DNA of 43,328 nucleotides from Candidatus Yonathbacteria bacterium (GCA_013334825.1 JAAXWR010000001.1:406731-450058), one strand, 5' to 3'. Shown: positions 30,908 to 38,855, counted from the stretch's first letter. The notes: generated by a model not told the origin, from the sequence alone. Made by a program: numbers and translations.

Positions 30908-31157
30908 AGGGGAAACGTGACGGACATACTGTCCGACGCGATTCCCCTTCTCCAATCAGCTGGCGATTGCGTGTGAAGCGCAATCACCAGCTGATAGAGA
31001 ATTGTTCTTTGTTAAATATGAAATATAAAATATGAATAAAAAAACCTATTGAACATCATGTACAGCGTATGGGTGACGAGTAATTTTATACTTACGACTC
31101 GTCCCCCGCACGCTGTACATAGATTTCAATAATTTAACGGGCCGTCAGAAATGGCGG
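30908..31157 (+). repeat. Array spacer module 1
   Basis: H1 30908-30948, H2 30949-31000, TGTTCTTT 31003, H3 31047-31131 (ATGTACAGCGT/ACGCTGTACAT), small hairpin 31142-31157. Confidence 0.75.
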
Positions 31158-31164
31158 TAAAAAA

Positions 31165-31392
31165 ATGAAAGCGACTTCAAAAAAATCAACAAAATTCCAG
31201 CCCCGCAATATCGTGGAGTTGGCGCACGCAGTTGCAACTGGGGAACACATACCCCAGGCAACACAAGCGCAGTCAGTCGCCGAGAGGCGTGCGACTGCAA
31301 AAAAAACGGCGATGATTACCCCGCAGGGTAACGTCGTCGTCGCCGCGTCATACGCGGTGGACGTTATTAAAGAGGAGTGGGCTAAAAAGTAG
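31165..31392 (+). CDS. Small hypothetical protein (cassette 1)
   Basis: 75-aa ORF fitting exactly between modules 1 and 2. Confidence 0.7.
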   Translation: MKATSKKSTKFQPRNIVELAHAVATGEHIPQATQAQSVAERRATAKKTAMITPQGNVVVAASYAVDVIKEEWAKK

Positions 31393-31403
31393 CACTCCTT
31401 TTC

Positions 31404-31579
31404 AGGGAAGGGTATCGGATCACACCGACCCCTTCCCTCTCTTATTCAGACCATGAGTCAATCATTCGTGTTCTGAAAGAGAGTCTGTTCTTTAATAACG
31501 CCTGTCTATTTCAAAATGACGAAACGGAATGATATATTTCAATTATTTATTTCGTTTCGTCGTTTTGAGAGAAACGGCG
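31404..31579 (+). repeat. Array spacer module 2
   Basis: H1 31404-31438, H2 31439-31483, TGTTCTTT 31486, H3 31499-31579. Confidence 0.75.
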
Positions 31580-31584
31580 ATAAC

Positions 31585-31704
31585 AAGGGAATTGACCCCC
31601 TTTGTAAACGCGACATATAAAAAGAGGTTATTGAAAGGTTCTCTGTCGCAAGGATTGATGAAAATCCAAAGGTCATGGAACTTCATCAATTACAAACTTC
31701 CTTT
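31585..31704 (+). ncRNA. Candidate structured RNA occupying cassette 2
   Basis: Stems TTTGTA/TACAAA, GCGACA/TGTCGC and ATTGATGAA/TTCATCAAT; possible TGACC/GGTCA pseudoknot. Confidence 0.4.
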
Positions 31705-31715
31705 CTACACTTTGC

Positions 31716-31992
31716 AGGGAGATGTGTTACGTTACAGCGTAAACATCTTCCTCCCATTTCAGGACACGAATAAACCTTCGCGTTTTGAAACAGGGATTTG
31801 TTCTTTAGAAACTAAAATAAAAAATATTAAACAAAAAATAAAAAACTCCCCATTGGAACAATGACGGAGCAGATGAGTGAATTATTGCTATACACACCCA
31901 TCCGCCGTATCGCTGTTTTGTATGGCGAAATCTTATTGCGCGCGTAGCGGATTAAAACATCTTTTTTAACGCCGCGACGCGGCAAAACGGAG
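31716..31992 (+). repeat. Array spacer module 3
   Basis: H1 31716-31752, H2 31753-31795, TGTTCTTT 31799, imperfect H3 about 31850-31925, small hairpin GCCGCGACGCGGC, GGAG RBS. Confidence 0.7.
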
Positions 31993-31999
31993 AATTATT

Positions 32000-32476
32000 G
32001 TGAGTAAGAAATATCTTCCTATGATTTTAGATGACGAAACCTATATTCCATCTCTGATGGATGGATGGTCAAAAGATTCTGAGCTTCGGGTCCGTCTTTT
32101 TGACCAGACGGGAAGACTCGACGGTTTGACATTCCGCCAGGCGGCGGGAATCATTGAAAAGGCTACTGGAAACAGTGTCCTGGTCAATCCGTATGACAAG
32201 GAAACCATCTCTTCTCTCGGAGGAGAAGATGGGGGTTATTCCCGGGGAAGTGAAGGTCGTTACCCCGAGACCTACTCCCACAAGGGAGGAGGTCTCACGT
32301 ACATGACTGGGAGCTGGAGGGGGCTTTCCATAAAGCCATCCGACGAAGCCAATCGCTGGTTGCTTGACTGCACACAGTGGTGGAAGGAGTCGGAGAGTTT
32401 TCGAGCTCAGGTCATTGAGGCGGCAGAAGCTGTCTTAAATGATCCTCAGTTCGAGGACATTTCTCTCCCTGAATGA
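32000..32476 (+). CDS. Hypothetical protein (cassette 3)
   Basis: 158-aa ORF with GTG start and GGAG upstream; ends about 10 nt before module 4. Confidence 0.8.
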   Translation: MSKKYLPMILDDETYIPSLMDGWSKDSELRVRLFDQTGRLDGLTFRQAAGIIEKATGNSVLVNPYDKETISSLGGEDGGYSRGSEGRYPETYSHKGGGLTYMTGSWRGLSIKPSDEANRWLLDCTQWWKESESFRAQVIEAAEAVLNDPQFEDISLPE

Positions 32477-32486
32477 GACGTTGCGA

Positions 32487-32695
32487 AGGGAAGTCAGATC
32501 GGTACATCCGACGACTTCCCTCCTTTTTTCAGACCATAAGTATTTCTTGTTGTCTGATAGAGGTTTTGTTCTTTGAAAAAGTTTCTCCTGTTGTTGTTCA
32601 ACTTCGCGTACGGCATCGGGTCGGTGATGGTCATCGGTCGGATGCTGTACGGGAAGACAAAAAATCGCCGCGCGTTCGGCAAAAAAGGAGGAATT
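32487..32695 (+). repeat. Array spacer module 4
   Basis: H1 32487-32521, H2 32522-32563, TGTTCTTTGAAAAA 32567, 53-nt H3 32603-32655, small hairpin, AGGAGG. Confidence 0.85.
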
Positions 32696-32857
32696 ATGAA
32701 TATATTTCTTGCGGGGCTTTGTGCCCTCGCAGCGGTGGCATTGTTGGTCGCTGCCGCCACCGTCGGCACGGGGATGCTCGTGCTGACACAGATGCAGACG
32801 GCCGCGGCATTCGTTGCTGCCGCCGTGTTGCTCGCCAAGGTGGCAAACAGATTATGA
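32696..32857 (+). CDS. 53-aa hydrophobic (two-TM) peptide (cassette 4)
   Basis: AGGAGG-AATT-ATG; MNIFLAGLCALAAVALLVAAATVGTGMLVLTQMQTAAAFVAAAVLLAKVANRL. Confidence 0.7.
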   Translation: MNIFLAGLCALAAVALLVAAATVGTGMLVLTQMQTAAAFVAAAVLLAKVANRL

Positions 32858-32864
32858 CGGGTTC

Positions 32865-33047
32865 GAGGAGCTACCCATAATACAAAGCTCCTCACTCTAT
32901 CCGGATGTGTGTCCGGACTGATGAGCCGAAAACGGCGAAAGAGCTTGTTCTTTTTATTATCGCGTCCTTCTGCGGGGAGATACTCTCTCCCCTTTCTCCC
33001 CACAGAAGGACGTGAATCAATAATAAAAATAGGTGCTAGAAAGAGCA
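32865..33047 (+). repeat. Array spacer module 5 (ribozyme-containing)
   Basis: H1 GAGGAGCT/AGCTCCTC 32865-32893, hammerhead in the H2 slot, TGTTCTTT 32946, H3 32960-33015. Confidence 0.75.
32895..32943 (+). ncRNA. Hammerhead ribozyme, type III
   Basis: CTC-TA | TCCGGA-TGTGTG-TCCGGA (stem I) CTGATGA GCCG-AAAA-CGGC (stem II) GAAA-GAG; complete catalytic core, predicted cleavage after A32899. Confidence 0.85.
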
Positions 33048-33052
33048 AAAAA

Positions 33053-33286
33053 ATGAAAATAACAATAAGCACGAGCCATAAACTCGACGCTTGGCAGATG
33101 AAAATGATCTGCCGAATTCTGAGTGTCCGGCTCAACGAGGCGCAAAGGCAGTGTCTCGTATCAATCGCCGAAGCTTTAGAAGATGCGACGGCATATCTCC
33201 CGGTGAGACGAAAAGTCCACCGGCGGTGGTTTTCTCGAAAGGAGGATCAGGTTATCGATGTTCTTTTCGACATGAAGAACTCCTGA
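33053..33286 (+). CDS. Small hypothetical protein (cassette 5)
   Basis: 77-aa ORF starting MKITIS after an A-rich leader; ends 7 nt before module 6. Confidence 0.65.
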   Translation: MKITISTSHKLDAWQMKMICRILSVRLNEAQRQCLVSIAEALEDATAYLPVRRKVHRRWFSRKEDQVIDVLFDMKNS

Positions 33287-33293
33287 ATTTTTC

Positions 33294-33506
33294 GGAGAAA
33301 CATGCGCCCCCAAGGCCCATGTTTCTCCCTTTTGTTCGGATGACAAACATATCGTTTGTCGTTCGATTGAGGATTTTGTTCTTTGAAAAAGTTTCTCCTT
33401 TGTTTTTTCTGTTCGCGTACGGCATCGGGTCGGTGATGGTCATCGGTCGGATGCTGTACGGGAAATATATCAACAACAAAAAACGCCCTTTCGGGCAGGA
33501 GGAACA
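33294..33506 (+). repeat. Array spacer module 6
   Basis: H1 33294-33328, H2 33329-33372, TGTTCTTTGAAAAA 33377, 53-nt H3 33412-33464, GCCCTTTCGGGC, AGGAGG. Confidence 0.85.
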
Positions 33507-33854
33507 ATGACAGAAATAAATAAGAAGCAGATAATAATCCGCCTGGGGAGTGGAAAAAGATTCACAGCGTGGATTGATTTTTCCCCATCAAATTATGCAG
33601 GGATAGCTGAAATTGTAGGAGATGCGTTCCCGCAATTCAGACGAGGTCGTTGGGGGAATTACCCCCACTATACGTACTCCAGGATGTGGAGTACGGGTGG
33701 TGGTTTATCGGAGGCATGGGAAATCTTTGGTGACACGGTGTACGTCACCGATGATTTTTCAACGCTGAGGGGCGACGAGATCCCCCTAAACACAGAGGGG
33801 GAAGTAACCCCCGTTAGCAGACAACCTCTTATGAGGGAGTATGCCAACTGGTGA
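33507..33854 (+). CDS. Hypothetical protein (cassette 6)
   Basis: 115-aa ORF with AGGAGG RBS. Confidence 0.8.
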   Translation: MTEINKKQIIIRLGSGKRFTAWIDFSPSNYAGIAEIVGDAFPQFRRGRWGNYPHYTYSRMWSTGGGLSEAWEIFGDTVYVTDDFSTLRGDEIPLNTEGEVTPVSRQPLMREYANW

Positions 33855-33864
33855 CTTTTAACTT

Positions 33865-34023
33865 GGGAGACTTGCGACGAAACACAAGGCAAGTCTCCCC
33901 TTATTATTGAGCATTTCTTTGCGAAGGAATGTTCATAGTGGGATTGTTCTTTGAAATATGCTCTATTATCACATACGGCATTTAGGTGAAAAATCTTTTT
34001 CGCTTAAATGCTGTATGGGATAG
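33865..34023 (+). repeat. Array spacer module 7
   Basis: H1 33865-33899, H2 33900-33942, TGTTCTTTGAAA 33945, H3 33963-34023 (CATACGGCAT/ATGCTGTATG). Confidence 0.8.
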
Positions 34024-34045
34024 AAAAAATTAAAAAAGAAAAAGT

Positions 34046-34420
34046 ATGATTAACAAATATGCTGGTGCCGTTGAAAGCGCTTTTGCGCTTTCAAATGATG
34101 AAATGGAAGAACTTGAGAGGTTTCCCGAGGTGACTCGAGGAAGTTCCATTTCTTTCTTGAAAGGAGTATGCGGATGCGCCCGCCTGTTTCTCCAAGAGAC
34201 AGGCGTGGAGGAACATCTGTCTCCTCTATGTTTTTCTGAGGAAGACTTTTACGGCTCCACGGTCGACGGTCGTGTTGTCGTACTGAGAGTTCTCGACTAC
34301 GACATGGGGGATGTCGTAGTGGGAATCTTTTTCTCCTCCGCAATCGCCAACCCCGAAGAGATTCAGAAGGCGATTGCCGAAGGAGAAAAACCGCTCTTCT
34401 ACAGAGCAGAAATCGCATAA
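34046..34420 (+). CDS. Acidic hypothetical protein (cassette 7)
   Basis: 124-aa ORF between modules 7 and 8. Confidence 0.75.
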   Translation: MINKYAGAVESAFALSNDEMEELERFPEVTRGSSISFLKGVCGCARLFLQETGVEEHLSPLCFSEEDFYGSTVDGRVVVLRVLDYDMGDVVVGIFFSSAIANPEEIQKAIAEGEKPLFYRAEIA

Positions 34421-34427
34421 TGTTTCT

Positions 34428-34656
34428 GGAGGCAACGTGCTATGGTTCACGCACGTTCCTCCCCTTTGTTCGAATGACAAACATATCGTTTGCCATTCGA
34501 TAGAGGTTTTGTTCTTTGAAAAAGATTCTCCTGTTGTTGAGTTCGCGTACGGCATCGGGTCGGTGATGGTCATCGGTCGGATGCTGTACGGGAAGAAAAA
34601 TATCAACAACCGCTGCGAAAATGCAGCACATCTACCGCTTTAGCGGAGGAGGAATT
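34428..34656 (+). repeat. Array spacer module 8
   Basis: H1 34428-34462, H2 34463-34506, TGTTCTTTGAAAAA 34510, 53-nt H3 34542-34594, CCGCTTTAGCGG, GGAGG. Confidence 0.85.
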
Positions 34657-35289
34657 ATGGGAAAGTCATTCAAGGTTTTTACAATCGAGAGCGGCTCCGT
34701 TAAGGAAGGAGCCGTCGTCGAAAAACTCACCCTCAAGGGGGCTGGGATTGATATCCCTGCCATCTTTGTGGGCGAGCAGGGGCGTGGTCGCGAACGAGGA
34801 GTCCTGCCTGTCCAACTTCCTTCCGCGCTTCAGGCGGAGTGGAAAGAAAAAGGACGGGTCCGGATTTCTTCCGCCGAGGTCGGCACGACCAAAGCGGGAA
34901 AGCCAAAGCTCTACGCTCGGTCCGGCGAAGGCGTGGACGCGGATGACGCCGTCATCTGCGTTTTCAGAACCCACATCGGTTTCCGTGGTGGAAACTCCCA
35001 CACCGGCGACCGCACAGGGGAAGTAGAAAAGGATGCGTACGGTGACGAGCGTATCAGATTTCACCCATTCCCCGGTGAGATTTTTGTAAGTGGTCATATC
35101 GCCCAGGGTGATGCCGGCCGCATGGGTGGCGGTCAGCAAATGGTCGCCACAATGCCCAAGGGCACTGTGTTCCGCACTGGATACAGTGGCCGCCTCTACG
35201 GCGGTCCCGCCGCCCACTATTACCTGTGGAACGGCGAGCAACTGCTCGCCATGACATGGGATGAGAGGGTCGCCTCGGACATTTTTTAA
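34657..35289 (+). CDS. Gly-rich hypothetical protein (cassette 8)
   Basis: 210-aa ORF from MGKSF with GGAGG RBS; visibly GC-richer than the host genes. Confidence 0.85.
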   Translation: MGKSFKVFTIESGSVKEGAVVEKLTLKGAGIDIPAIFVGEQGRGRERGVLPVQLPSALQAEWKEKGRVRISSAEVGTTKAGKPKLYARSGEGVDADDAVICVFRTHIGFRGGNSHTGDRTGEVEKDAYGDERIRFHPFPGEIFVSGHIAQGDAGRMGGGQQMVATMPKGTVFRTGYSGRLYGGPAAHYYLWNGEQLLAMTWDERVASDIF

Positions 35290-35359
35290 CCTGAGAGATC
35301 CCAAATACTAACCGGATACGAAATCCAACGTGATTCCATATCCGGTAACTTTTCGGAGT

Positions 35360-35513
35360 GGAGACTTGCGACGAAACACGAAGCAAGTCTCCCCTTATTA
35401 TTGAGCATTTCTTTGCGAAGGAATGTTCATAGTGAGGTATGCGCAAAATCTGAATCCATGTACTTTTCTGGGAAGACATTTCCTTCCCCGTCTTCCCAGA
35501 AAAGTACGTGGGG
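35360..35513 (+). repeat. Terminal array module 9 (lacks TGTTCTTT)
   Basis: H1+H2 35360-35437 nearly identical to module 7, then TATGCGCAAA in place of the motif; H3-like stem 35455-35513. Confidence 0.8.
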
Positions 35514-35716
35514 ATATATGGTGCGTGAATATGGGCGGCGCGAAGCGCCGCCCATATTGTTCTATTGTGTATTCCAACTATCCATGCTATTGTACATCCA
35601 TTACCAGCGGAATGCGCGAAGTAACCCTCCTGTCCGACTCCCTATACGACACCATCGGCACGAGACCCTCGCACACATACCGATTCCGCCATCGTGCGGT
35701 TTTTTATTTTATATAT

Positions 35717-36865
35717 ATGAGTACAGACGAAATAACCAATACAGATGCTGTTGCTACAGAAGAAATTCTCGAGACAACAGAACAGGCAGATAATAGTAAT
35801 CATCCGATGACGGCACTTGTTGCTGATTCCCCTGCTCCTCCGGCTATCGGCGATCTTGTGGAAGGACCAGTCATTGCTATCGAACGCAATGCAGTATTCG
35901 TTGACTTGGCACCTTTTGGTACAGGTACCATCTATGGTCGTGAACTCTTGAACGCACGTGATGTTATCCGCCACACAAGCATTGGTGACACCATCACTGC
36001 CAAGGTTGTGGACGCAGAAAATGAGAATGGATACATTGAACTCTCTCTCAAGGAGGCACGTCAAGCTCTCATTTGGACAGACGCTGAAGACGCCATCCGC
36101 AAGAAAACACTCCTTGAACTTACCGTCAAAGAAGCAAATAAGGGTGGGCTTATCATGGAATGGCAGGGTATCGCAGGCTTTCTCCCCGCTTCCCAACTTT
36201 CTACCGACCACTATCCACGCGTTGAAGGTGGCGACAAAGATAAAATCACCAATGAATTGCGCAAATTGGTAGGTGAAAAAATCTCTGTCATGATTCTTTC
36301 CGCAAATCCCAAAGAAGGTAAGCTTATCTTCTCTGAAAAAGATATTGCAGATAAAGACCGTACGGAACTTGCTGGAAGACATGCTGTTGGCGATGTCATC
36401 GAAGGACCAGTAACAGGTATTGTAGACTTTGGTGTCTTTGTAAAAGTTGAAGAAGGTCTCGAAGGACTCGTTCACATTTCTGAAATTGACTGGGGACTCG
36501 TCGATGATCCGAAACATTTTTGTAAAGTCGGCGAAACCGCCAAAGCAAAAATTATTGAGATCAAAGATGGTAAAGTATCCCTTTCTATCAAAGCACTCAA
36601 GGACAATCCTTGGAAAACTGCGGGTGAACACTTTAAAAAGGGCGACAAAGTAAATGGTATTGTTATCAAATTCAATCGTCACGGTGCGCTTGTGTCCATT
36701 GAAGAAGGTGTTGCGGGACTCGTTCATGTCTCTGACTTCCCTTCCGAAGAGATGCTTCGTAAGACATTAGAATTGGCAAAAACCTATCCATTTGAAATCT
36801 CTCTTTTCGAACCAAAAGATCAACGTATGACTCTCGTCTATACAGGAGAAAAGAAAGACAAGTAA
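35717..36865 (+). CDS. rpsA: 30S ribosomal protein S1
   Basis: Four S1 domains (GFLPASQL, DFGVFV..EEGLEGLVHISEI, GLVHVSD); start reassigned to MSTDE. Confidence 0.9.
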   Translation: MSTDEITNTDAVATEEILETTEQADNSNHPMTALVADSPAPPAIGDLVEGPVIAIERNAVFVDLAPFGTGTIYGRELLNARDVIRHTSIGDTITAKVVDAENENGYIELSLKEARQALIWTDAEDAIRKKTLLELTVKEANKGGLIMEWQGIAGFLPASQLSTDHYPRVEGGDKDKITNELRKLVGEKISVMILSANPKEGKLIFSEKDIADKDRTELAGRHAVGDVIEGPVTGIVDFGVFVKVEEGLEGLVHISEIDWGLVDDPKHFCKVGETAKAKIIEIKDGKVSLSIKALKDNPWKTAGEHFKKGDKVNGIVIKFNRHGALVSIEEGVAGLVHVSDFPSEEMLRKTLELAKTYPFEISLFEPKDQRMTLVYTGEKKDK

Positions 36866-36977
36866 CACAAGTTATCAGTTGTTAGTTTCGAGTTAAAAGA
36901 AAAGCTCAGCGTACATACGCGAAAGAAAAGCCGTTCCCAAGGAACGGCTTTTCTTTTTGAAACATACACTTTGTTTT

Positions 36978-37322
36978 TTAGCGCATTGTAATGCGTATTT
37001 CTTCTCCCGATGTCCGTGACGCAAATAAGGTTCTCTCAGCTGGCGGTACAACAAAACCTTTCGCAAGCGCCTCATCAAGTGTTACTGATTCAGAAAGTGA
37101 AAAATATTCTGCTTCAAGCATTGCCACACGGGCAGCAATACGTGCCACATGGTCTTCAGATTGCTTACGTTCAACAGCTGACATGACACTTGCATTGACG
37201 AGATACACATACGCCACAACCAGTATGGCAATCATGGCGAAAAGTCCATATGTTCCCGCGACGCGCTGATCAAAAACACCAGCACTATGTCGTGTGTGTG
37301 GATGTCGTGGTGTATGTGTCAT
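36978..37322 (-). CDS. FtsL-like single-TM coiled-coil protein
   Basis: Downstream of mraZ-rsmH; TM, coiled coil, A.AKGFV.P ending. Confidence 0.6.
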   Translation of the reverse strand: MTHTPRHPHTRHSAGVFDQRVAGTYGLFAMIAILVVAYVYLVNASVMSAVERKQSEDHVARIAARVAMLEAEYFSLSESVTLDEALAKGFVVPPAERTLFASRTSGEEIRITMR

Positions 37323-37383
37323 AAAAAATGTCGATAAAAAATTATATACTCTGGATAATACTCTAGGGCTTTACTTTATGTCC

Positions 37384-38310
37384 TCATGCTGAGGAAGGAT
37401 TGATTCTTTGTATACCCCTCACTTTCGCGCTCCGCGCGCGGGGATTGTTGCGACGCTCATCGTCTGTGGGCGCAATCGGCTTTTTAGTCAAAAGTTCAAA
37501 CTCTCCTGTATCTGCAGCTTCTCGAAACATACGTTTGACAATACGGTCTTCCAAACTATGAAAAGATATGACTACCATCCGACCGTGTGGAGCGAGGAGC
37601 GCTAGCCCTTTTCGTATACCCTCTTCTATCGCACCGAGTTCATCATTAACCGTAATACGAAGCGCTTGAAATGTCCGTGTTGCGGGGTGTATCGCTCCTT
37701 TTGCGTATACACGAGGGACACTTGCTTTGATAATAGCGACAAGATCGGCGGTCGTTTCAATCGGTGCTTTTTCTCGAGCATCGACGATACCTTTTGCAAT
37801 ACGTCGGGCATACCGCTCTTCTCCGTATGCATAGATGATGTCCGCAATGCTCTCCTCTCCCCATTCATTCACAATAGTGTGTGCCGTCAGTGTATCTTCA
37901 AGAACAGTGTCAGAAAGCGTCATAAGAAGTGCCTCATCTCGAAGGAATGAAAAACCTCGTCCAGAATCCTCTATCTGCATACTACTGAAACCAAGATCAA
38001 GGAGTATACCATCAACCGCGTCAACACCTTCTCGAGCACAGTACGTATCAATGTCTCGAAAACTTCCATTAACAAACGTCTTTGCGCATGGATATGAAGA
38101 CAGGCGTTTCTCCGCGACTGAAATCGCATGTGCATCTTTGTCGCAGGCAAGAAGTCTTCCTGTTCTCCCAATACGTTCACAAATATGAGAAGCATGTCCC
38201 CCACCACCAAGCGTGCCGTCAACATGTGTCTCTCCCTCGCGCGGGTCAAGCAACGTCATTGTTTCGTGTAAAAGAACTGGTACGTGTTCTGTCATATCGT
38301 TCGTCACCAT
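37384..38310 (-). CDS. rsmH: 16S rRNA m4C1402 methyltransferase
   Basis: HVPVLLHE, DGTLGGGGH, DLGFSSMQ, HPATRTFQALRI.VN.EL, ISFHSLEDR, NPRARSAK. Confidence 0.97.
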   Translation of the reverse strand: MVTNDMTEHVPVLLHETMTLLDPREGETHVDGTLGGGGHASHICERIGRTGRLLACDKDAHAISVAEKRLSSYPCAKTFVNGSFRDIDTYCAREGVDAVDGILLDLGFSSMQIEDSGRGFSFLRDEALLMTLSDTVLEDTLTAHTIVNEWGEESIADIIYAYGEERYARRIAKGIVDAREKAPIETTADLVAIIKASVPRVYAKGAIHPATRTFQALRITVNDELGAIEEGIRKGLALLAPHGRMVVISFHSLEDRIVKRMFREAADTGEFELLTKKPIAPTDDERRNNPRARSAKVRGIQRINPSSA

Positions 38311-38753
38311 TACAAGGCACCTATGCCTGCCAACTTTTCTGCAATTTTTTCTGCTTCCGCTTCAGCTTTCGTCTGATACGTCTTCCATGACGCCTCATCC
38401 CAAAGCTCAAGATGATTTTCAAGTCCAGCAACAACCACTTTTTCTTTCAGTCCCGCAAAATCTTTCAACGTATCAGGAATCAAAATGCGACCCGCTGAAT
38501 CAACGTCTGTTTCTGATGCAGTTCCCAAGATATAGCGATTGAGTGTCCTACTCTCTGCTTGCCCTTCGGACAATGCGGTGAACTTTACCACTGATTCTTT
38601 CCACTGCTTTACCGAATACACTGACACGCATTTGTCCCACCCACGTGCCACGATGACCGTCTTTCCCATTTCCTTGCGAAACTTCGCAGGAAGAGAAATC
38701 CGTTTTTTCGTATCGAGCGTGTGGAGGTGTTGTCCGATCAACATAGTCGTCAA
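38310..38753 (-). CDS. mraZ: Transcriptional regulator MraZ
   Basis: HTLDTKKRISLPAKFR, DVDSAGRILIP, LELWD. Confidence 0.95.
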   Translation of the reverse strand: MTTMLIGQHLHTLDTKKRISLPAKFRKEMGKTVIVARGWDKCVSVYSVKQWKESVVKFTALSEGQAESRTLNRYILGTASETDVDSAGRILIPDTLKDFAGLKEKVVVAGLENHLELWDEASWKTYQTKAEAEAEKIAEKLAGIGAL

Positions 38754-38818
38754 AGCAGGTCGGTCATGTTTCCGTCCGATTCGCTTCGTATCAACAAAAA
38801 CGAATCGGACATAAACAT

Positions 38819-38855
38819 TCCCACTTCATCCCACTTGATTAGTATTATATCCCAC
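38819..38855 (-). promoter_or_regulatory. Putative MraZ operator (GTGGGA repeats)
   Basis: TCCCAC at 38819, 38829 and 38850 on the plus strand, upstream of mraZ; MraZ is known to bind GTGG/TGGG repeats at about 10-bp spacing. Confidence 0.65.

Noticed and set aside
30545-30976. 143-aa ORF over the leader
   Set aside because: Its TTG start is the P2 -35 box, it has no RBS, and the region is dominated by hairpins
31529-31864. 111-aa ORF
   Set aside because: Starts inside H3 of module 2 and runs through module 3; likely spurious
32603-34594. Three identical 53-nt repeats considered as a CRISPR array
   Set aside because: Spacing is 0.8-1.1 kb with genes in between, and no cas genes are present
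32494-34643. ORFs sharing FAYGIGSVMVIGRMLYGK or PYSIRPMTITDPMPYA
   Set aside because: These are translations of the repeated H3 hairpin, not a protein family
30908-35513. Classical integron attC array
   Set aside because: No RYYYAAC...GTTRRRY bounded sites and no IntI-like tyrosine recombinase in the window; kept only as an analogy
35423-35716. N-terminal extension of S1 in the ORF track
   Set aside because: Crosses module 9, a palindrome and the leader; S1-like sequence starts after 35717
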